The notes under the pieces are model-generated. The model was given only the letters and a program-made list of their open reading frames with translations, had not been told where the DNA came from and ran no database searches. Below, in pieces: positions 38,000-50,616 of a DNA stretch of 64,000 nt; within the stretch, counting starts at the first letter, position 1; each line of letters starts with the position of its first letter. A program made the translations under genes and the position numbers. The DNA comes from Saccostrea echinata. Taxonomy: Eukaryota. The stretch covers positions 2,046,001 through 2,110,000 of the forward strand of contig NW_026889803.1 in the NCBI RefSeq assembly GCF_033153115.1, given 5' to 3'.

Positions 38000-38375
38000 T
38001 CGACTTATTTGTCGACATGCACCATATTTATGTTGTCATACGATTTATTTATGTTATCATGCGAGTTGTTATGTCGACATGCAACATAATTGTTGACATG
38101 AGACCTATTTTGTTCCACATGCAATATGATTTTGCTTTCATGAGACTAATTTATGTCAACAACTAGGTAATTATTTTGACATGTGACTTATGAATGTTAA
38201 CATGCGAGATATTTATATTGTCATGCAATTTATTTTTCACCACATGCGAGTTAACTATGCATGACAATATAACATTGCATGTCGACTTCGTTAACACGCA
38301 AATCGCATGTTACCATAAGTATATGTCGCATATAAATCACATGCTTTATTACACTTCATGACAAATAAGTCGCAT
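38000..38375. repeat. Foldback-like element built from ~22-bp TATGTYGACATGC repeats
   Basis: Repeats switch orientation at ~38265. Ends CGACTTATTTGTC / GACAAATAAGTCG are inverted. Confidence 0.7.
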
Positions 38376-39080
38376 GTCAAGTTAAATGAGTATGTTGCAT
38401 CGTGCAAGTAAAATGTCAAGTAAACATAAATTTGCCCGACTTAAAAATCAAATTCTCTCTACAAAAAATGTAACTTGCAGATGAACATTATCATTTATCA
38501 TCGATGTAATCATAGCAATCTTGCATGCTGATAACTTTCCTCGCATATTGACGTCACAGATAATCTCGTGTTTTTATTGGAATACAGGTCTTATATTCGT
38601 GTAAAACACTAAAGAACTTCTAAAAATAAAGTTAAACAATTATCTTCGAAATTTTATATGTCTGATATGCTTTTTATATTGTATTTTTAACAATCCATGG
38701 CTTGGCTTTTGATAATGATATCAGATAATTTCTGGTTGCATATATATATATCGCGATATAAGTAAACGTTTGAATGAATTTACTTTTGCCTTTTATCTAA
38801 AGTCCCGTAGGGGTAAATTTAATTGTTAAACTAAAAGCAGTGAAAAGTGAACCTATATATTTTGTCCATAATTGTTAATCCTCATTTGATCTTTAAAGGT
38901 ACACGACGAATAATCCCTATGCATTGTTTTCGTCAATCACAGTGAATGATTAGTCAATATATTTCTTTAGGTCCCGTTAGTTAAAAATTTTAAATGTGTC
39001 GAACATATTCAAATATCTAATTTGGTCTCCAGTTTAGAAATATTTCCTAAATTGACTTTTTAACATTGGACAAAGGCAGA

Positions 39081-40538
39081 ATGCCAAAGTACAAGCTGAC
39101 ATATTTTGATCTAAGAGGACGAGCAGAGCCCACCAGGCTTTTGTTTACCGTAGCGGGTGTCTCATTTGAAGATGAAAGGATCAGAAAGGAACAATGGACA
39201 GCCATTAAAGACAGTAAGATCATATTCTATGTGTCCAAAAAGAACTTATATGAGTTATTCCTATCTTTTGTAGAATTAGACTTTCAACACGTATACAGGG
39301 GTTTATGATAAAATTATAATAAATATTCTAGGAAAAGCATTTTGCATGAAGTCGGGTTTTTGTGCATGTTTCATACCATACCTGAATACACTTATCAAAG
39401 TACAGCTTATTTTCAAAAAGAAATCATAAAGTAAACGAATCATACATTTGTGCATTTGTCTTTCAGAAACACCCGGAAATTCCTTGCCTGTACTGTCTGT
39501 TGACGGCTTTCTCATTTCACAAAGTATGGCAATAAACAGACATCTGGCACGAACGTTTGGTGAGTACGTTTCATAAATCGTGAATCGAACACATTTCAAG
39601 CGTACAAAATGAAAAAAGGGACTCTTTTTTAAGAATGATGATAAATTCATATGAAGAAATACAAATATTTTAGATTTTTTTTTTTCATATGTCTATTAAC
39701 TGATTTGAAGGTCTGGACGGAGAAACATTGTCTCAGAAAGTAAAAGTTGATGAAATAGTAGAATGTCTGGTAGAGATGAAAAATAAAATGGCCGAACTAC
39801 CGATGCTGAGTGAAGATCCAGTACGTCTGTCCTCACAGGCTTTGTGGTAGATATAGTAACATCTATCCGATCAGCGAAAAAAATTAATATGAAGAATCAA
39901 GGACAGCTCAAATAAAACTTAAAATGTTGCATCAATTAATATCGAGCGTGAAGGTTTCCAGATCAAATAAGCTTCAGGTTAAGATAGGTCCTTAATCTGA
40001 AATAGTTAAGTACTACTAGTAGTACATTTGTATACTCATTCGTTTATATTTCTTTGCAGTATTCTTTGTATTATACATATATACTGGAAAATGGTCACTC
40101 ATTTCAATTGCACATTTTATATTTTTCAGAGGAAACAGGAATGGGCAAGGCAAATTTTGAAATCCTTCCAAGAGTTAATGGTAAAAGCATGTACCTTCAT
40201 TGAAGCACAGATACAAAAGAACATGAAAGAGGGAAAAGGATTTGCTGTTGGAAATCGGGTAGTACTATATAAGTATCTTTAGTAACATATACCTATCTTT
40301 ATTATCGATTAACAGCCATTTACCTCAATAGAAATGAAAACAAATTATTATTTTTGAACTTACTGCATTTCAGTTGACTTTTGCCGACATCATGATCTTT
40401 GAAGCATTTGAAAACATTTTAGCAACAAACAGCAATGCGCTGGACAAATGTTTGGGAATTATGAAATGCCGTGCGAAAGTGGCCAACATGCCCCGTATTA
40501 AGGAATACTTATCGAAACGACAACATACTAACTTTTGA
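39081..40538 (+). CDS. Glutathione S-transferase, sigma class-like, 209 aa
   Basis: Exons 39081-39213, 39467-39559, 39711-39820, 40130-40258, 40374-40538 (630 nt, GT-AG). Motifs [16 protein letters not shown] (catalytic Tyr), [25 protein letters not shown] and IKEYLSKR. Confidence 0.93.
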
Positions 40539-41542
40539 AAAACTTGGTTTTGTTAAAATGTTTCTGAGATCTGAATGAGTCAAAGTATTATACTGGTAGA
40601 TTATTCCTTCGGAAGAAAGTAACAGAGATCCCTTGGTACTGGTATGATAGATGTTCATCTTCAAATTGGTGACAAAAATTGAATGCCTTACAAATCAGAT
40701 AAGCATGCTGACTCAAGGAAAGTGAGAATACATGTACTATCAGTGAATGACATGAAATATTTAAAGATCCTAATGTTATCTTCCTCTTGATTAAGTTGGT
40801 ATATATTTTTAAAAATGTATGAACGTTGTGTCTTTTTTTTACCCACGGATATTATTGTCTAGGTCTTTTTTATCATATGTTCAAATAATGAAAAATATCC
40901 TTTTCTATTATCGTACATCTTATGCCTAAAATGCAATTCAAGAAATAATTCTTTGCTTACAAACAAAACCTCATAAATATTCAGCGTTACAGCGTAAAGA
41001 TCGCTTGACCTTTCGAAGGGTAAACCACGTGTTTTGTTTACTGGGTAGAATTCCATAGTTTAACCACCCATTTACCTCATGCCATGTTCAAGAATTTTGT
41101 TTATTCAGTTAAGTAGACTTTCTGACCTCTGCTCTTCTTTTCTAGTGTCGCGATTCCGTCAAATTCAGCAGCTTTCCACAACTCCTGATATGCACTTGTG
41201 AAATATAATATTTACAATTGAAGCGAAATTATTTAGTGCGCATGTGTGTTACATATGTATCAGCCGTCTTGTGTTTATTGTGGACAATTATTATTTTTTC
41301 ATCTTCCAATTTCTCTTTCCCAATAACATATGCAAACTAGATTTTGCAGTTTTCTGAAAGTGAGAAACTTTACACTGTAAATGAATGATGGTGGTAAATC
41401 ATAATTATCAGAGATCAAATAGATCGGATGATACAGCTTTAATGTATTTGTTTAATTCAATAAACTGAAAATATTCATCTTTAAGTTTTATATTTAAAAT
41501 TTTCTAACAAATGAAGCTCTTAAAGAAGAGTTTGGCAAGCTA

Positions 41543-41913
41543 TGACAAACAAGTTGATGAAACACGGATATCAACAGTCTCGTTTGAAGTCATCATTCCG
41601 CAAGTTTTATGGTCGATATAATGACCTTGTCAGCAAATACAACCTATCATTAAGTCAAATGCTGATCGACGTTTTTCATACTAATTGTTAGGCCAATATT
41701 TACACACTGAATTGTCTACGGATTTTCCCGTTTTTCCCGATCATGAAAAGGAACACACGGCGGATGTGACCGATCGGCAGGGGATGCTCACTCCTCCATG
41801 GCACCTGATCCCACCTTTGATGTTTCTGGAGGTCCGTATTTGCTCTGCTCCCGACTTGTATTGTTTAAATTGACTTTGAGCTTGGATACTGTTCGTTATC
41901 TCCATATTTCATT
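41543..41913 (+). mobile_element. Naiad-type PLE 3' fragment
   Basis: Encodes the RT C-terminus (TNKLMKHGYQQSRLKSSFRKFYGRYNDL..VFHTNC*) plus the conserved 3' motif. Confidence 0.85.
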
Positions 41914-43028
41914 GGATAAGTTTTGGATAATATTTGTCAGTGTTTTTAAAGTTCATCTGACTCAAGATGTGGTCTTTTTCTATCCTTTTTTTTCTCGTGC
42001 AGTATCTTAAGATTTTTTAATTGTATTCGTTTCTTTCTCTGAAAATACTGGGTCTCAGTTTGTCACTGAAGATGCGTAGGTTGTCTTTGAAATTCTTTAC
42101 GCTTATGGTCTGTCAATCAGACACTGTTTCTATTACTGGCAGGAGTAAAAAGCTCTTAACCAAAGGTGTCTCTCGGTCCAGGGCCAAAGTGCGATTAAAT
42201 TATTCATACGTTGAAAACCCAATTTTTTTTTTTTAAATCTTCAAACCTTCCAATAGATATGCATTGTACATGAAGACAAATCTCATGTAGTGCTTTCAGT
42301 GTTATGAGTGGAATCCTTTTGAGATTATAAAAGAAAATAACCCTACCAAAATCACGTTTTTTCATGTCAACTAATCTATGGGGTGGAGTTTAATTGATCG
42401 AGTTTTAATAAAAGTACTATCTTGAAGCATGTTCTCTTGCACTTGAGATCTATCAGTTAATTTGTTGTGCAATATAATAATTAGTTTTCTTTTTTACATT
42501 CAATGAGCTGTCTTTTTAAATTATTAAATTTCTTTCAATGGGCCCCATGTTTGACATGTGAAGAGTGGGGCTCATTGTGAAATACATTAACATATTAGAC
42601 TCTATACTTCTTTTTAAAAATAAAAGCTTCAATACTTAATAACTCAGTATCTCTAGCAGAAAAAGTATTTATAAATTCCAACTGAACCATAAGCCATCAT
42701 TTTACTTTTTGTAATTCTTGTCGGAACTAAATTTGAATGTGCATTAAATCTTAAATATCAATCTTAATCTTGTTTCAAAATTTCTCCGTAAGTATGATTT
42801 TACGATAGGTGACGCGAACGATAACAAAATGATACTGAAAAATATTCTTTAATATAATATTAATGAATAGGTTTTCCACTGACATGTTCGTGTATCACTT
42901 TAAGCTACGTTTTCCTTTCACTGTTGACATATAAGCAATGTCAAAAAATTAAAAATGAATTTCTGTTATTTGTCAGTGTATTCAACACAGATTGATAACT
43001 CCATATGAAAAATTCAGACTCCAATGAA

Positions 43029-43511
43029 TTATTTTTTATTCAGTAACTGTTCTTTAAGCTGTGCTTGTTTACCATAAGTTCTTTTCATATCGGTATCCAC
43101 AATCTCCATTGCTGATGTAGTGGTTCTTTGAGATTGAAGGTATTTTCCCTTGTCAGTAATGCTTATGCCAGCACTGTTGCTTTTCTCTTTAATACTTGTA
43201 AGAAACCTGATTTTTTGTGACTCTGTAAAATGACTGTCAATGCGATTGTTTCTTTTCACTGGAATATCTAAACTCCTTGTGGTTGAGGCCTTTGGAAGAT
43301 CTCTCAGAACTTTTGCCTTCAGAAAAGGCCTGTTACAGGTATCTCCCACCAGAGGCTTGTCTCCAATCGGAGCAAACGATGCGTAATCGCCTGGCATTGT
43401 GGGAGATTTGGGAATGCTGGGAAGTTTGGGATACGGGAATAAAACCAGAGATCTCTGATACACTTCATGGTCACTAAAACAATCCCAGATAGAATTTGAT
43501 GATGGCTTCAT
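43029..43511 (-). CDS. Uncharacterised intronless basic protein, 160 aa (paralog of 44664-45572)
   Basis: ATG-to-TAA ORF sharing the ordered blocks YxRSLVLFP, KPLVGD, LKAxxLRxxP and TDMxRTYxKQAxL with the neighbouring ORF. Confidence 0.75.
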   Translation of the reverse strand: MKPSSNSIWDCFSDHEVYQRSLVLFPYPKLPSIPKSPTMPGDYASFAPIGDKPLVGDTCNRPFLKAKVLRDLPKASTTRSLDIPVKRNNRIDSHFTESQKIRFLTSIKEKSNSAGISITDKGKYLQSQRTTTSAMEIVDTDMKRTYGKQAQLKEQLLNKK

Positions 43512-44663
43512 GCTTCAATAAATCAACACAGTGATCTCAAAAAGGGTTCCAAATATCTATCCACTCTGAAGTTTTACTTCTCAAGAATGCTCCTAAATTA
43601 AACTGGTTTCATTGCGTTTTTAATATATAAAAGGAATGTTCTGTTCTTGTTGTTTGTGACTGGTCAGCGAAGACAAAGAAGAATAAGAAGCTTAGAATTG
43701 ACCAATGACAGATTTAGTATGTTAATCTGGATCTGCTTACATAATACAGTACATTTAGTCAATTAGAAACAGGTTTATGCCGTCCTTGTAAATATAAGTT
43801 TAAGAAATTACGATTTTGTTCCCTTTGTATGCTAAATTATCGATATGATTATCGATGGAGTCATACATTTATGATTTAACCATTATAAAGTAACAGGGAA
43901 TTGACGGATCATTTTTATATGCAATCATTTTGGTTTTAAAAGTACCTGATAATGTTTGGTTTTCACGATGCCATACTTCTACATATAGAAGGTGCATTTG
44001 TCAGGTGAAGTTTTATTTTGTATACGAAGAACTTAATCGATAAGGTATTCCTTAAGGTTCGCCTGATTATCTTTTGACTAGAGTCTTAATGCACTAAATA
44101 TACATCCAATAAAGGTCTCCGAATCTTTAGTCTAGCCTAACTGATAGCCAGACAGAAGCAAGGATCAATTACGCCTCTTTTTTCATTCTTTCGTAATTTT
44201 TTCTCAATAGAAGGGAATTTAATTTTGGAATTTTTGTTAAAAATATTAATTAAAAGAGAAGTTTAAACTTTGTGAAGTGTTTAACACACAAGTTTAATAG
44301 ATGTAACAAGGTTGAAAACACATAATTCCTCTATTAAAACATCCAGGAACATATTTAAAAAATAACGTAAAAAGCAATGCAATAGATGTAACAATGATTG
44401 TGCAAATCAGCAGAACTCAAAATTCCAAAAATGTCTCCAAGGTGTAAACATGGTCAAAATACTAGTACTCCCATAAAAGGAAACCAAATACATGTACATC
44501 CGATTAAGAAATTACTATCACAAAAAATAATAATCAATATACATCCAAAACAGATGCTCAAAGTGAAGACTTGAAAAGGTTCAGTAATGTAAGCAAGTAA
44601 ATATGTAGAAATGACATATATTAAGTAAAAATGGCACAATGTTTATATAAACAAACCATAGCT

Positions 44664-45572
44664 TTACTTCTTAATCATATCTCTTAATGTTGCTTGTTTA
44701 GTGTATGTCCTTTCCATATCAGTGGTCACCTTTTGTACAGATGTGGCTTTCTGGCGATTGTTAGGCTTATTTGATGTTTTCGAAAACAATTTACTTGTTT
44801 TCTTTTGATATTCGGTGTCTGAGTTACAAACACTATATCTGTTTAAAGAATCTGAGAATCTTGTGTTTCTTCGATTGTCTACTTTCCCGACCCCCTCTGC
44901 GCAGGAGTCTTTTTCTGCTGTGTCGTTTGGAACTTCTCTCAACAGCTGAGCTTTCAGAATGATTCTGTCACCCACTAATGGCTTGTATTCATACGATGAG
45001 GGATTCGTAACTAAGGTATCCAGAGTTTTGGCACGTGCTTGAGATGGAAACAACACAAGGGATCGCGCATAATTCTTACTTCCACAGTCGGAGAGGGAAT
45101 TCGTGGACACGTCCTTTGATTCCAGACCTTGTCCTTCCGATACATTAGGTCGCATTTCATGAAGACTTGTTTGACTTTTGTAGAACCATTTTGGGGTCGG
45201 TCTTAGAGATCGTTTCAGATGTTCTGTTGTATCTCCATAATCCTGCTTGTTTGTGGTCACAAAAGTAGAAGACGGAAGTGTTGAGGCAGGTGCTTGAAAC
45301 TTAAGAGAGTTTCTTCTTTTCTCCGAAACTGGTCTAAAATTATAATTGGATCGTTTCACTTTTTCTGCAACCTTTGATTTATTCCTGTAGTCAAAGTTCG
45401 TATCTGGAGCGAACGAAATTTTCACAGGGGAAACTCTTGGAGTGTACCTGACGACCGTGTCGACCGGAAAATCGGTATTATTGGGATATCTCACAAACAC
45501 GGCCTCCGGAGTGTTCCTCTTTCCTGGTTTCAAGTCTGCAGATACGCTGTTATACACTATAGAGCTTGTCAT
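44664..45572 (-). CDS. Uncharacterised intronless basic Ser/Thr/Lys-rich protein, 302 aa
   Basis: A 909-nt ORF with elevated GC in AT-rich DNA. Its C-terminal half is homologous to 43029-43511. Confidence 0.82.
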   Translation of the reverse strand: MTSSIVYNSVSADLKPGKRNTPEAVFVRYPNNTDFPVDTVVRYTPRVSPVKISFAPDTNFDYRNKSKVAEKVKRSNYNFRPVSEKRRNSLKFQAPASTLPSSTFVTTNKQDYGDTTEHLKRSLRPTPKWFYKSQTSLHEMRPNVSEGQGLESKDVSTNSLSDCGSKNYARSLVLFPSQARAKTLDTLVTNPSSYEYKPLVGDRIILKAQLLREVPNDTAEKDSCAEGVGKVDNRRNTRFSDSLNRYSVCNSDTEYQKKTSKLFSKTSNKPNNRQKATSVQKVTTDMERTYTKQATLRDMIKK

Positions 45573-46311
45573 TTTGAATCTATCAACAAAACGTTGTTAC
45601 TTATATTTTAAATCCGTCCACTACCTTCAGTTAAAATACTTTTTCCCGATTACGATAACAGCATGTTTGAGTGTCGATATGAACTCAAAAGAAACAGCAC
45701 TTTTGCATATCAAAGATATTTTCAGGTGAACTGAAATGGAAGAAACGTTTTGTCCTGGCTAAAAATCGTTTACTTTCTTTGTGAAGAAACTAATCAATCT
45801 AGGTGCACTGAAATCTGTGTTTCATTCATTCTTTACACCAGGGAGTATCTCTGGTTATTAAGTTGAGGAGATTTAATCAAGTGCTTAAGACTGAATTAAA
45901 ATTTAAATATTTCTAAACGATTGAACATTCACTAAATAAATATTCGCTTTTGTTCACAAAATGAGATTAAAGGTATTTAGATAGAATTCAAACAATAAGT
46001 CCTGTCGACCTAAACATGTGACAGACAAATAGGCATAATCAAAGATGACAGTTTTAACAATGCAACAAGTGTTTTATCGTTACAAACCAATACATAAACA
46101 CATTAAATCATTGTGATTTTAGTGAACTATTTAAGTTCATTTCTAAGTATGACTCTACTTTTCAAATTGTCATTCCGTATTTTTAAGGGGGGATTTTTTT
46201 TCTATAAAATCATACGTACTCTCATACCGTTTTATCATAAATACATAACCATCATAACAATTATATACATGTATATGACTAAATATATGTACATAATATA
46301 CAATGAAAAAG

Positions 46312-46545
46312 GGTGAAGTTAACAAACAGTAATCAATCTCATAAATACTTCAAACAATACAAATCTGTGAACAGGACATTAACACGGACCCCTGGAAATT
46401 CCAGAGGTGAGATTAGGTTCTTAGGAGGAGTAAACATCCCCTGTTGACCGGTCACACCCGCCGTGAGGCCTTTGCATAGATCAGGTAGACGGAACATTCC
46501 GTAGTCAAATTTAGTATAAAAACAAAAGTCTAACAATTGGAAGGA
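46312..46545 (-). mobile_element. Divergent Naiad-type PLE 3' fragment
   Basis: Reverse complement reads CACGGCGGGTGTGACCGGTCAACAGGGGATGTTTACTCCTCC..ACCTCTGG..GGGGTCCGTG. Confidence 0.75.
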
Positions 46546-46724
46546 AACTGTACAATCCCTTTATAAAATATTATTAATAAACTCAGTTGANNNNNNNNNN
46601 NNNNNNNNNNNNNNNNNNNNNNNNNNNNNNNNNNNNNNNNNNNNNNNNNNNNNNNNNNNNNNNNNNNNNNNNNNNNNNNNNNNNNNNNNNNNNNNNNNNN
46701 NNNNNNNNNNNNNNNNNNNNNNNN

Positions 46725-47731
46725 AAGACAGGTCGCCCCTAAGACAACTCGCCCTCTATTTAGGACAACTCGCCCCCAATTCAAGACAACTCGCCTCCAA
46801 TTTAACAAACCAAGAAATATTAAATATATTATATAGATATTTGAATTTGAAAATGTTCCTAGAAAGTTAAAACAAACAACTGAAAATAAAATTTCTCCAT
46901 TTTATTGAAAATAAAACACAACACAAATAATTTAACACTAATATCTATTGTGGGTACTGCTACTTTTTTTTATCTTCACTAAATTCCATATTTGTTTACA
47001 TTTTCATCACAAATAAAACTAAATATATGTAATTTTCAGAGCTTTCATGCTTTAATTCTTCATAACGTTGAAGCTGCTTCGGAGCTTGGATACGGCATGC
47101 CAATTTTTTTTAAACAACTCAATATGCGTATAATTTTCGGAGCTTGCATGTTCTAATTAGTCGTCACTTTGAAGTATCTAAATTAATTGTTAGCTTGGGG
47201 GTGTCATTAAATTTTTTGTCTGATGTTTTCATTTAATTAGTAATAATCATTATCATAAGTTTCTTAAAGCAGTCAGTTAAACGTTAATATCGTCTTTAAT
47301 TAATTAAGTTGTTTTAACACTGAGGACAATGTGCTCTTTTAAAATAGACATCTTTTATAAATATGAATTTAAAAAATGATAAATCAAAATGCATTTATTC
47401 ACTCTATTTCATAAGAATCAAATGTAAGAAGGCATGGATATTATGATAAATCCTTTATGCATATATTGTGTTTTTGCACAAAAATATGATGTAAATGCAT
47501 AATTTAAAAAAAAAACAGCTATATTACAATCGTAAATATTGATTATATTTTAAATTTTCATATAGAATATACATAATTGAATAACAGTTATTTTTTTCCC
47601 TTGCAATTCACAAGAAAAAATAATGGGGGCGAGTTGTCTCTATAATGGGGGCGAGCTGTCTTGACTGGGGGCGAGTTGTCCTAAATTGGGGGCGAGCTGC
47701 CTTTAATAGTGTTGGGGGCGACTTATCTTGG
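46725..47731. mobile_element. Non-autonomous TIR element with subterminal ~21-bp repeats (GACAACTCGCCCC), flanked by N-gaps
   Basis: AAGACAGGTCGCCCC...GGGGCGACTTATCTTGG, with 4 repeats on the left and 5 on the right in inverted orientation. N-runs at 46591-46724 and 47732-47863. Confidence 0.8.
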
Positions 47732-49723
47732 NNNNNNNNNNNNNNNNNNNNNNNNNNNNNNNNNNNNNNNNNNNNNNNNNNNNNNNNNNNNNNNNNNNNN
47801 NNNNNNNNNNNNNNNNNNNNNNNNNNNNNNNNNNNNNNNNNNNNNNNNNNNNNNNNNNNNNNNGAAGGCGACTCTTCCTGTGTTGATGAATATTTCATGA
47901 CATTTCTTTATTTCGTATCACAATTAAACATTATTTGCTGGCAGTGTTTTCTGTTTTAAATACACAATTTAAATTTTATCATAATGGATTTTAATGTATG
48001 AATGTACTCAATAGGTAGAATAATTTAACATAAAGTTGGGTTTAAAAATGTGTGTAGGTTTCCATGTGCATCTATCAAATGCACTTCGAATTACAACCAA
48101 TTAAACTTATATGAAGTGATGTGAACACCTGTTTATATTTATGTTGCATTGATCACTTCATCCAAATCTCAAGACATAATTGAATCGTCAAAATGCTCTT
48201 TTTTGTTTTATTGGTTTATATTTATTGCTTTCTATAATTCATAGCTTTAATTATGGGGTTCCTTGTTGCGAACCCAACATTTTCTTCTTTTTTTTTTCGA
48301 AATAATTGTTCTATATCAGAATTGTCTATAACTTTATCATAATGTGATGAAGAAATTCCTGCATTGCTTTTTTTTCTTTTTAGTTATGGTATTTGTGAGA
48401 ATTACAATTTCAAATTTGAAAAATATGAGACATCGGGGATGGGGAAAAGAAAAAAAAATTATCCAGACAAAATTCAATTTAGCGAGTCCATCATCTCAAA
48501 CAGATTTGTGAGTATGGAAAAAACACGTTTCTGGTAACAATCGCATTAAAGACAGATCTAACGGGGCAAAAATGAGTAGTTGGCTATCAGTTGTGTTTCT
48601 CAGTTTATCAAAAGAGAGTCAAGTGTGATCATTCGATAAAACATATTCATGTTTTTAATGCATGAAAAACAAGATTTTGTCAAAATTTACATTTTTGGGA
48701 GAAAATCCTTTCAACATATTTCAACTACGTATTCTTACTAATCACTTCATCGAAAATATGCAAAATAATGAATCACTAACTTTGAATTATAGAAAAACGA
48801 GAAAAAAATGTATTTCATTTGCTGTCTTTAGTTTATTTCATTCCTAGATTCAATCAAAATTAATTTTGTCAAACTGAAAAAATCAGAAAACAGAAAATGT
48901 CATTGGAATCATCGTTACATATACCAACAATGTAGAGCAATTTAAACTTAAGAGCAAATGATACAAAAAAGGATTGATATAGATTTTTGAACATAATTTG
49001 GCTGTAAGTGATGCAAATATCAAATTTCTAAAATATTAAGAGATGTAAACTTTCTATGATGTTCAAAATTCTACCTGTTTGTTGTCACCCTTATAAATCT
49101 TTACAACTTTTCATCACTTTAACATTCATTACTGTGTTTTTATCCTTTGTTACTTTATTCGTTGAAATGTCACACTGTCTAATGGAAACATATAAAACTT
49201 AGTACCTAACCAAGTTAAATAAAAAAAAAAGTCATTAAAACAAAGGTAACTGGTCATTAAATGCATTAAGCCACTGAGCTACCAGAAGGATACGGTGATA
49301 AGGTGTAATTTGAATGTTTCGTTGAGGATGTCAAATCTCTTAACTTACCCAGGTCATTTGTACTGTACATTGATTAATGACTTTTTTTCAATTTACGTCT
49401 TTCAGGTATTACTTTAAATGGCTTCTGAACACAACCGTTGACATTTTGCACAAACATGATTTACGATACGGAACAACATTCGCAATTCCGTGCATTTTCC
49501 TCCATGGGATTGTCATATAAACGTTGTTCCGCCTTATCGGACATGTTGGCTTCTTTCCTGGAATTGGAAAGCGAAAACTATTCAGCAAAATTTTTACACT
49601 TATAAAAAAAATTATACGTATACAGTTATGTGTCAATTTTCTTTTTTTTTTCACATGAACATTGACATAAAAACAGTGTTATCTGTATTACCCAAATAAC
49701 CTTTCTAGGCTCTTCTTGCTATG

Positions 49724-50570
49724 TAAGACCGCGGAACATTAACTGGCAAAATTGGAAATATGCAGCTTACGTCATTTCCACCTGTTACAGTCAAAACAAG
49801 GGAATGGGCTAGTTTGAAAATCATTTTCAATCCACCTCAGCTACTCTAAAAGGCAATGAGTTACTGATTGACCCAGGAGACAAATAATTTCAATTTCTGA
49901 ATATATTAAAATTTAAATATATAAATCAGATTTTCTGACCAGTGTTTTTAAAGAAATATAAAGGGACAAATATTGATTACTGTTAGGTATGTGCATGCAT
50001 GTGTTGGTGGGTGGGGGTGGAGGGGCTGAACGATATTAAAAAGAAAGTTTTTTTTTCAGTTTGGACAACTCTTCCCTTTTTTTGATTGTCAAATATTTTA
50101 CAGTGAAGACAAAACTAAAGAAAATACATATGTACCTCTTGTCATTCTAGAAATAAATATATTTTGGCATATGAAAGCATGACCTGACTCGACAACCCCC
50201 CCCCCTTTCAAGAATCAAATAGCCATCCCCTGAAAAAAATAATCTGTCTTCTATGACTTTTACTTGTCCTTAAAACTATAGGCTAAAAACTCATACAAAC
50301 AATGATAAATATGAATTTCAAACAACATGTATTTGGGAATAGAAATTATTTGTCTTTTGGATCATACATTCACACTCTGCGTTTGAAAACAGCTCAGGTG
50401 GATTGAAAATGAATTTCAAATTAGAATTTCAATCCATTGTTTTCTCGGACGTCCGTGCCGAATTGTACCCGCCCATTTCATTGTCTATCATTAAATGTTT
50501 TGACTGTAACAGATGGAAAAGACGTAAGCTGTATATTTCCAATTTTGCCAGTTAATCTTCCGCGGTCTTA
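49724..50570. mobile_element. MITE with long (~75-120 bp) imperfect TIRs
   Basis: TAAGACCGCGGAACATTAACTGGCAAAATTGGAAATAT... is the reverse complement of 50497-50570. A second IR block lies at ~49813-49842 / 50391-50420. Confidence 0.8.
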
Positions 50571-50616
50571 TGTTTTTTTTTTCCAAATTACATGAACTCT
50601 TAACAAACTTAATGTA

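Noticed and set aside
46725-47731. CRISPR-like array of ~21-bp repeats (also the repeats at 38000-38375 and 33557-33762)
   Set aside because: Eukaryotic context, no unique spacers, no cas genes. The repeats are subterminal TIR repeats or minisatellites.
49245-49290. Minus-strand tRNA-like box A (TGGTAGCTCAGTGG)
   Set aside because: No recognisable box B or cloverleaf, so too degraded to call.
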